The notes under the pieces were generated by a model that had not been told where the DNA came from, ran no database searches, and saw only the letters and a program-made list of their open reading frames with translations. This document shows, piece after piece, positions 57,154 through 64,000 of a stretch of DNA of 64,000 nt; positions within the stretch are counted from its first letter, which is position 1; the number at the start of each line of letters is the position of its first letter. Made by a program: the position numbers and the translations under genes. The DNA is taken from contig CAWAOG010000034.1 in NCBI GenBank assembly GCA_963783625.1, forward strand, positions 58,368-122,367. Direction: 5' to 3'. This stretch comes from an uncultured delta proteobacterium (lineage in GTDB: Bacteria > Desulfobacterota > Syntrophorhabdia > Syntrophorhabdales > Syntrophorhabdaceae).

Positions 57154-57746
57154 GTTTCCACCCCGCTTCTAAAATCAGGACCTTTTGCCGCAATGATGCC
57201 GAGGAGATGACTTTTAAGTTTTTTCAGTAAGCCCATTAATGAAATCATCTGGCTCCTGGTCAAACATGACATTACTTCATCAGTCATCTTCTGACGATTC
57301 GGCATTGTTTCCTCAATAAATTCTATACCTTTTTTCGTGATTGTTATATTCTTGGCCCGACGGTCGCCATCGATGGTTTCTCTTGTTACCAGACCTTCTC
57401 TTACGAGTTTGTCAATTACCCTGGTGGTGCTGTATTTGGAACGAAAAACTCTTTTACTTATGTCAGTCAGCGTTAAGCTTCCCTTGTGTGTGATTAAAGC
57501 GTTCAAGATGCGAAACCGGGTTCTGCTGGATTCGGATTGCTTTAATTCAATGCGTTCAAATTCAAGGACCACTTCAGCCGTGGAAATGATTGAAACGAGC
57601 GCGCTGGCCCTCAAGTCATCAGAGAGTGACACGATTTTCTTTGACAGTAAACCGATTTTATCCTGTAATTCTTTTTGTGAAAAGGTTTCTTTTGTCGTTT
57701 TATTTGCCGTCATTGATTTAGTTGCTGCTGCAACACAAATAATCAC
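57147..57746 (-). CDS. MarR-family transcriptional regulator (alternative start 57713)
   Basis: wHTH core LTLTDISKRVFRSKYSTTRVIDKLVREGLVTRETIDGDRRAKNITIT. It overlaps the CoA-transferase start by 7 nt. Confidence 0.8.
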   Translation of the reverse strand: MIICVAAATKSMTANKTTKETFSQKELQDKIGLLSKKIVSLSDDLRASALVSIISTAEVVLEFERIELKQSESSRTRFRILNALITHKGSLTLTDISKRVFRSKYSTTRVIDKLVREGLVTRETIDGDRRAKNITITKKGIEFIEETMPNRQKMTDEVMSCLTRSQMISLMGLLKKLKSHLLGIIAAKGPDFRSGVETC

Positions 57747-57878
57747 AAACTTAATTCCTTTGTCAATACATATTATAACGCTTTATCGCGAGAACGAGAC
57801 ATCATAAAAACCTTGACTATAGCGTATAGCGTATAATAGTATACAATTCAGATTTAAAAAGCCAGAGGTGGTCTGCGT

Positions 57879-58841
57879 ATGGGTAAAGAAGAAACAGAAA
57901 ATATTTCAGCGAACAGCGCGATCAGGGGTGAAAAGGGTGCCGTTTTCAACATCCAGCGTTATTCAATCCATGATGGTCCGGGCATACGAACGACCGTTTT
58001 TCTCAAAGGATGTCCACTTTCATGTCTCTGGTGTCAGAACCCTGAATCGCAGTCCATAAAACCCGAAATATTTTATAACGCGGAACGATGCGTCGGATGC
58101 GGTAAGTGTATTACTGTCTGCCCGGTAAAGGCTATCGAAATGGGTGACGGAAAAGTAATAACTGACCGGAATATCTGTACCGCATGCGGCTTGTGTGTTG
58201 ATGCCTGTCCGGAGGACGCCAGGGAACTTATGGGGAAATACATGACCGTGGAAGAGGTTGTGGAAGAGGTAATGAAGGACGCCATTTTCTACCAGAGGTC
58301 CGGCGGCGGGGTCACGCTCTCCGGTGGGGAACCCTTTACACAACCGGCATTTTCTGCTAATATTCTCAGACTCTGCAAAGAAGCCGGCGCCCATACTGCT
58401 ATAGAAACCTGCGGTTACGCGCCATGGGAAATAATGGAACGGGTGCTGTCATACACAGACCTTGTCCTTTATGACATAAAGCATATGGATCCTGCTGAAC
58501 ATATGAAATTGACAGGTGTTTCCAACGATCTTATTCTTGAGAACGCGAGAAGGATATGGCATGAACGGCATATCCCGCTCTGGATCAGGGTTCCTGTCAT
58601 ACCCGGATATAATGATTCTCCTGCCAATATCGATGCCCTCGCAGGGTTCATCGTCAATGAATTAAGTCCCTTTCTTCAAGTCCATCTCCTTCCGTATCAC
58701 AGACTGGGAGAGTCAAAGGTGCAACAATTGGAAAGACCGGGATCACAATTATCAACCAATCCTCCTGATGAGGCGCATATGGAGTCTCTCAAGGAGATTG
58801 TGGAAGCCAGGGGTTTGAAAAAAGTTTTCATTGGTGGATAG
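57879..58841 (+). CDS. glycyl-radical-enzyme activating enzyme (radical SAM, with two extra ferredoxin-type 4Fe-4S motifs)
   Basis: GCPLSCLWCQNPE (CX3CX2C), plus CVGCGKCITVCP and CTACGLCVDACP. Confidence 0.85.
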   Translation: MGKEETENISANSAIRGEKGAVFNIQRYSIHDGPGIRTTVFLKGCPLSCLWCQNPESQSIKPEIFYNAERCVGCGKCITVCPVKAIEMGDGKVITDRNICTACGLCVDACPEDARELMGKYMTVEEVVEEVMKDAIFYQRSGGGVTLSGGEPFTQPAFSANILRLCKEAGAHTAIETCGYAPWEIMERVLSYTDLVLYDIKHMDPAEHMKLTGVSNDLILENARRIWHERHIPLWIRVPVIPGYNDSPANIDALAGFIVNELSPFLQVHLLPYHRLGESKVQQLERPGSQLSTNPPDEAHMESLKEIVEARGLKKVFIGG

Positions 58842-58947
58842 ATCGTAAAGATGTTTATAAAGATAGATCCTCAAACGCTGATGGCAATCAAAGAGGAACA
58901 TGCCTTTTTTTCTGAACAGTATTAAAAACGGTTAGGAGGTCCATGGA

Positions 58948-59446
58948 ATGGGAGCATTCGAGAAAGTTATTCATAAGATAGGCAACTGGGGAACGGTGAT
59001 TGGGTGCCGTCTTCATGCTGGCCATAGCGCTGCTGGTCACATTCACTGTTATAGGCCGCGCTTTTCATATAGCCTTTCCGGGGACCTTTGACCTTGTGGA
59101 GACCATGATGGTGGTCTCTATTGCGTTTGCCCTGGTTTTTGGCCAGTTGCAGGACCGTCACCTGAGGACGGAGCTAACCATGGAGCGCATAAAAGGCAGG
59201 CTGAAATCAGGCCTTGAGAGTTTCCTCGGAGTACTCAGCCTCTTCTACTGGGTGGTGCTCCTCTACACAGGTATCGAACTGGGGATTGACAGATATATCG
59301 GTGGGGAGGAGACGGAACTCCTCGAAGTGCCCGTTACCCCATTCCGCGCGGTATGGATTTTTGCCCTCATACTGATGGTCATACTCCTTGCTTTGAAGCT
59401 TATCAATCATGTTAAAAGATTAATCAAGGGAGGAGACGAGAAATGA
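58948..59446 (+). CDS. TRAP transporter small permease (DctQ-type), one frame break in G3 at 59002-59004
   Basis: TAGGAGG then ATG 58948 gives MGAFEKVIHKIGNWGTVIG, which continues in ORF 59000..59446. Confidence 0.75.
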
Positions 59447-60750
59447 CCCCTGTAGAAATTGGTATAACCGGTTTTATTATTCTCTTTGTCCTTCTTATCC
59501 TTGGTATGCCCATAGGGTTCTGTATGGGTCTTGTCGGCTTTGTCGGTATGTGCTTCCTCTTTCCTTTACCTGCAGCCATGATCAAGATGGCAACGGTACC
59601 CTACGATCTCATGTCCAATTACGCGCTGGCAGTTCTTCCGCTCTTTCTTCTCATGGCTAATATCATCCTCTCGGCGCGCTTCGGAGAGGACCTCTTTAAG
59701 GTTGCCGCGAAATGGCTCGGACATTTCAGAGGCGGCCTTGCAATGGCCACCATCATGGCCGCGTCGGGTTTTGCTGCCTGTACGGGATCGGCCCTTGCTA
59801 CATCGGCGACGATGACGCTTGTTGCCCTTCCGGAGATGAAGAAACGCGGCTATGACCATACATTTGCCACAGGGTCTGTCTGTGCCGGTGGTACCATAGG
59901 CATGCTGCTTCCGCCTTCAGGCGCTTTTATCATGTACGGCATATTGACTGAGAACTCCATCGGTACACTCTTCGTCGCCGCTCTTATTCCTGCCTTACTC
60001 ACAGCGATTTCTTACCTTCTGACGATCTATTTGAAATGTCTCTTCAATCCCAAACTGGGTCCTAAATCAGAGAAAACGAGTTTGAAGGAGAAGATTGTCT
60101 CCCTCAAGGATTGCTGGGAAATCCTTTTTCTTGCGATATTTGTTTTCGGAGGAATGGTTGTGGGGTGGTTTACGGCGACAGAGGCCGGTGCCGTTGGGGC
60201 GGTAGGGGCCATTGTGTTGGGACTCATTCGGAGAAGACTTGATTTTGCGAAATTCGTAGAAGCCTTTACCACCACAATGAAGACTACGGGCCTCATTTAC
60301 GGCATCTGTATCGGTGCCTTCATATTCAACTATTTCTGTGCCAAATCGACCCTGCCGCAGGTAGTAGGCGCATGGGCGGGTGGACTGCCTGTGGCCCCCT
60401 GGGTGATTGTCAGTGTTATTACCGTCATATATATCATAATGGGGGCCCTCATGGACGAACCGTCGATCCAGGTGCTGACGATCCCTATTTTTTATCCCCT
60501 GCTTGTCAATACGCTCGGCTATGATCCAATCTGGTTCGGCGTCATACAGGTCCGTCTCCTCGAAATCGGTCTTATCGCTCCACCCGTCGGCATGGTCTGT
60601 TTTGTTGTCGCCGGTATGCTGAAAGATGAGACAACGCTCCAGAAAGTCTATAAGGGTGTTATGCCCTTTATATATATGGAGCTTATTACGATGCCGCTCT
60701 TTCTTTTTATCCCGGCAATCAGTCTCTGGCTGCCAAGTGTAATGAAGTAG
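59443..60750 (+). CDS. TRAP transporter large permease (DctM-type)
   Basis: Intact 435-aa polytopic ORF with a 4-nt overlap with the small permease. Confidence 0.9.
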   Translation: MTPVEIGITGFIILFVLLILGMPIGFCMGLVGFVGMCFLFPLPAAMIKMATVPYDLMSNYALAVLPLFLLMANIILSARFGEDLFKVAAKWLGHFRGGLAMATIMAASGFAACTGSALATSATMTLVALPEMKKRGYDHTFATGSVCAGGTIGMLLPPSGAFIMYGILTENSIGTLFVAALIPALLTAISYLLTIYLKCLFNPKLGPKSEKTSLKEKIVSLKDCWEILFLAIFVFGGMVVGWFTATEAGAVGAVGAIVLGLIRRRLDFAKFVEAFTTTMKTTGLIYGICIGAFIFNYFCAKSTLPQVVGAWAGGLPVAPWVIVSVITVIYIIMGALMDEPSIQVLTIPIFYPLLVNTLGYDPIWFGVIQVRLLEIGLIAPPVGMVCFVVAGMLKDETTLQKVYKGVMPFIYMELITMPLFLFIPAISLWLPSVMK

Positions 60751-60844
60751 AGGAGCGCTAAGGAATAAAGAGAAAACCCGTTGAGTACGAAAGTAAGAAT
60801 CAAGGTGTGATAAAGATCGATTATACGGGAGGGATAGATGGAAA

Positions 60845-62755
60845 GTGACGTATCAAAAGCGAGTGCTCGACAGAGGTGTTATCGCGAATATTCTGCGCAA
60901 TCCCTTGACGAGCCTTGTTACTGCCATGGGCCACTTGGGTAGTTGGGGTTTTGTTGCCGTTGCTTTGATAATCGTCATTGAAGTTATCTTGCGTCCCCTT
61001 GGTAAGTCGCAGATGTGGATCGACGAGACGGCCACCTTTATGACCATTGTGGCTGCCTTCTTTATGTTTGCCTACACCCTTCAGGAAAAAGGCCATGTGC
61101 GGGTGGATTTTATCAGCGCCCATCTTTCGAAACGGTCTGACTTTATTCTCACCATCTTTACAAACATTCTCTGTCTTGTATTCTGTGGTGTTCTTGTCTG
61201 GACCGGTATAGACATGGTGAAAAGTTCCCGTATCATGGAAGAAAGTTCCCCTGTATTGCTGCTTCCTCTCTGGGTGTTTCAAGGCTGTCTGCCGATCTCC
61301 TTCTTCCTTATGTTTCTTGTTGTAATCAAATTCCTGAAGGATGATATCTTCGTTAACAGACACAAAGAAGAATTCCGAGCGGTTGCCGGCACTTCGGGTT
61401 TCAAATATTACATTCCCATGCTCATTTTTGCCGCTGGTCTTGCCGCCGGGGGCTTTCTACTGAAAGTAAATGTGTCTCTTGGTTTGCTGGTCCTTTTTCT
61501 GGCGACCCTCTTCAGCGGCATGCCGGTTTCCTTTGCTATGGGTCTTTTCGGGATCGTTGGCCTCTATATATTTTCCGGTTCCTACAAAATGCTTATGAAC
61601 GCACCGGCAACAGGATTCAGCGCTATGAATTCCCAGGTAGTCATCGCCTTTCCCCTCTTTTTTCTTTCCGGTACAATCCTGAGCGCCGGTAAACTGGGTC
61701 CCCGGATCTTCCATTTTGCCAATTCTCTTGTGCGTCATCTGCCGGGCGGCATCGGTATCGCTTCAATTGTATTTTGTGGCATCTTCGCAGCCATGACAGG
61801 ATCGAGCGTTGCCGTTGCTGCCGCGATCAGCGCTATTGCTTTGCCGGAGATGTTGAAGAGGGGCTACAGCCGCGTGACAACCATCGGACTCCTCGCGGCC
61901 GGTGGGACCCTCGGTATCCTTTTTCCGCCAAGTGTTGGTCTCATCTTCTATTCGGCCCTCACGCAAGAGTCTATCGCCAAGCTTTTTATGGCTGCAGTAT
62001 TGCCGGGTATTCTCCTCTGCCTCATGTTTATCGCATATATTATGTGGATTGGAGCACGGGACAAAAATATCGAAAGGGACACGAGGGCAAGTTTCAAGGA
62101 GGTCCTCCAGGCCTTGAGAGAAGCTACGGGCGGACTCATCGTTATTCTCATCATTATCGGGGGTATCTACACCGGATTTTTTACCGTCACTGAAGCGGGC
62201 GCGGTAGCGGTCCTCTACAGTATTTTTCTCACTGTCTTCTGGTATAAGACCATGACGTTCAAAGAATTAAGAGAATGCGTGCTGAAAGCAGCAAGAATGG
62301 GTGGTATGCTTAACCTGATTATTGTTGCTGCTAACATTGCCGCTATATTGATTACCATGTCCCGTGTTACGCAGGACCTTATCGCATGGACGCAGACGAT
62401 GGTTTTCCCGCCATGGGTTTTCATTGTCTTTATCATGGTACTGATGATTATACTTGGTGGTCCCCTTGAAGCAGTCTCTATTATGGTTATATGCTGCCCC
62501 ATCCTTTATCCTATTGTCAGATCCCTTGGTTATGACGGTATCTGGTTCGGTGTAGCCATGGTCATCAATACGGAACTGGCCATTATCTCGCCGCCTGAGG
62601 GCATGAACCTTTTTGTCCTGCAGCAAATGTCAGGAGGAACATCAACAGAAGTCTGGAAGGCAGTAATGCCTTATCTTGCCATTATGGCCGTTTTTCTTGC
62701 CATTGTACTGCTCTGGCCGCCCTTAACGTTGTGGCTTCCATCTGTCGTTAAATAA
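60845..62755 (+). CDS. TRAP transporter fused small+large permease (DctQM fusion)
   Basis: Intact 636-aa ORF. The N-terminal ~170 aa are DctQ-like and the rest is DctM-like. Confidence 0.85.
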   Translation: MTYQKRVLDRGVIANILRNPLTSLVTAMGHLGSWGFVAVALIIVIEVILRPLGKSQMWIDETATFMTIVAAFFMFAYTLQEKGHVRVDFISAHLSKRSDFILTIFTNILCLVFCGVLVWTGIDMVKSSRIMEESSPVLLLPLWVFQGCLPISFFLMFLVVIKFLKDDIFVNRHKEEFRAVAGTSGFKYYIPMLIFAAGLAAGGFLLKVNVSLGLLVLFLATLFSGMPVSFAMGLFGIVGLYIFSGSYKMLMNAPATGFSAMNSQVVIAFPLFFLSGTILSAGKLGPRIFHFANSLVRHLPGGIGIASIVFCGIFAAMTGSSVAVAAAISAIALPEMLKRGYSRVTTIGLLAAGGTLGILFPPSVGLIFYSALTQESIAKLFMAAVLPGILLCLMFIAYIMWIGARDKNIERDTRASFKEVLQALREATGGLIVILIIIGGIYTGFFTVTEAGAVAVLYSIFLTVFWYKTMTFKELRECVLKAARMGGMLNLIIVAANIAAILITMSRVTQDLIAWTQTMVFPPWVFIVFIMVLMIILGGPLEAVSIMVICCPILYPIVRSLGYDGIWFGVAMVINTELAIISPPEGMNLFVLQQMSGGTSTEVWKAVMPYLAIMAVFLAIVLLWPPLTLWLPSVVK

Positions 62756-62814
62756 AGAGAGAGAACGACGGTGCAATATATAGAGAACAATTAAATTCAA
62801 GGAGGAGAAGAGAG

Positions 62815-63822
62815 ATGAAAAAATTATTTGTTATCACTATGGCTGTTTCACTGTTATGTGTGTTTGGCATCATTAGTGTAACTTCCGCAGCGCCGGTCAC
62901 TATGAAATTCAGCTGCTCAATGCCGCCCAGCAACTTTATGACCAAACAGGCCTTAGAATGGGCGAAACTTGTTGAACAGAATTCCGGCGGCGAACTAAAA
63001 GTCCAGGTATATGATTCCGCACAGCTTTATAAGGATCCTGATCTGGCAAAAGCAATCTCGACCGGTGCTGTCGAGGGTGGATTGCTGGCAAGCGTCTTCG
63101 CGGGACCAACGCTCGTTCCGGCCTTTAGGGTCTTCCAAATGCCTTTCCTTTTCCAGAATGTCGATGAGATGGCAAAGATTTATCACTCAAAAGTCGGTGA
63201 TGCCTGGAAAGCGACAGCCGAGAAAAAGGGTGTCAAGCTCATGGGCCTTATGGTTCATCCTTCCCCTGAAGACCAGCTTATTGCCGCAAAAAAACCAATA
63301 AAGGTACCGGCTGACCTCAAAGGTATGGCGATCCGGGTTGCCGGCCCTGATGACGCGAAGGTTGTGGCAAAGTGGGGAGGAACTCCCTCCATGATCCCCG
63401 GCATGGATGTCTATCCGGCACTCCAGCGCGACACCCTGCAGGGTAGCATTGGTTCTGTTATGCTCCAGATTGAGCTGAAAAGATATGAAGTTGCCCCATA
63501 TGCTATTTTTCTTCCAATCGCGGGCGCTCAAGCGTACTACGCTATAAATAAAGAATTTTTCGATAAACTGAACCCGAAACAGCAGAAGGCTCTTGTCGAT
63601 GCAAGCGCGGCAATGGAAAAGAAGTCAAAAGAAATGACCATGAAAGAGCTTGCGGGACATATGGCCGAGCTGAAAATAAAGATGAAAGGGCTTTACACCC
63701 CGAATGCCCAGGAATTGGCCCAGTGGAAAGACGGCATGAAAGAAATGTGGCCTGAACTTGTCGGCAATAATCAGGAGCTTGCCGATGCCCTGAAAGAGAC
63801 ACGGGCGATTTTAGGAAGATAA
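62815..63822 (+). CDS. TRAP transporter substrate-binding protein (DctP-type)
   Basis: Intact 335-aa ORF with a signal peptide and a GGAGGAG RBS. Confidence 0.9.
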   Translation: MKKLFVITMAVSLLCVFGIISVTSAAPVTMKFSCSMPPSNFMTKQALEWAKLVEQNSGGELKVQVYDSAQLYKDPDLAKAISTGAVEGGLLASVFAGPTLVPAFRVFQMPFLFQNVDEMAKIYHSKVGDAWKATAEKKGVKLMGLMVHPSPEDQLIAAKKPIKVPADLKGMAIRVAGPDDAKVVAKWGGTPSMIPGMDVYPALQRDTLQGSIGSVMLQIELKRYEVAPYAIFLPIAGAQAYYAINKEFFDKLNPKQQKALVDASAAMEKKSKEMTMKELAGHMAELKIKMKGLYTPNAQELAQWKDGMKEMWPELVGNNQELADALKETRAILGR

Positions 63823-63863
63823 GCTGTTTTCTTGAGACTGTTTAACAGATGGATGTCACAGAT

Positions 63864-63895
63864 CCGGCCCGTAAGCTTCACAGTTTGCGGGCCGG
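63864..63895 (+). terminator. 8-bp GC stem (CCGGCCCG / CGGGCCGG) with a long loop, flanked by direct TTAACAGAT repeats; weak terminator candidate
   Basis: Arms at 63864-63871 and 63888-63895. There is no U-tail. Confidence 0.3.
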
Positions 63896-64000
63896 TGTCT
63901 TAACAGATCTCATACAGCAGAACAAAAACAGGATTCGGCCGTGACTTAAGCTTTGTATCGCAAGCGGTTCATTTATTCCTTTCGCGAAAACACAGGCTGA

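Noticed and set aside
57813-57837. TTGACT/TATAAT as a canonical sigma70 promoter for the GRE activase
   Set aside because: The spacer is only 13 nt, outside the 16-19 nt range. It is kept only as part of a putative operator region.

Overview
This 64-kb window is an accessory-type catabolic region. From gene content alone it looks like an anaerobic, Syntrophales/Deltaproteobacteria-like chromosome of roughly 50% GC. I cannot verify the taxon.

Gene content:
- Acyl-CoA chemistry dominates. There are eight family III CoA-transferase genes, always arranged as adjacent pairs.
- There are two paralogous pairs of 2-hydroxyacyl-CoA-dehydratase-type (HGD-D) subunits, but only one HgdC/BcrAD-type activator ATPase.
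- Other enzymes: an AtoDA-type CoA-transferase, two crotonases, a PrpD/MmgE protein and two CapA-family proteins.
- Two tiny desulforedoxin-like genes are missing from the ORF track.
- Transport: two peptide-type ABC systems or binding proteins, one Fe3+/polyamine-type ABC importer, and a TRAP locus with two membrane-component sets.
- Regulators: GntR, IclR, MarR, and a KdpD-C-type histidine kinase.
- A glycyl-radical-enzyme activase is present with no GRE in view.
- A 12.6-kb island holds seven secreted alpha/beta-hydrolase-type genes plus an amidohydrolase.

I saw no rRNA, tRNA, CRISPR, transposase, integrase, phage or recognisable defence genes.

Two data-quality anomalies dominate interpretation:
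- An uninterrupted 1,225-nt poly(T) tract (35581-36805) sits where the middle of a CocE/NonD hydrolase gene should be.
- More than 60 reading-frame breaks are present. They are very unevenly distributed, and where I could localise them they sit in short homopolymers. This argues for consensus error rather than gene decay.

Biologically interesting candidates:
- the conserved CoA-transferase pairs next to activator-less dehydratase genes
- the tandem desulforedoxin mini-genes inside a CoA operon
- a 20-codon block conserved at synonymous-site level just after the stop codons of two hydrolase genes
- CGTAAAT heptad arrays upstream of two paralogous operons

Everything here is by-eye translation and motif recognition. 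No database search was possible.
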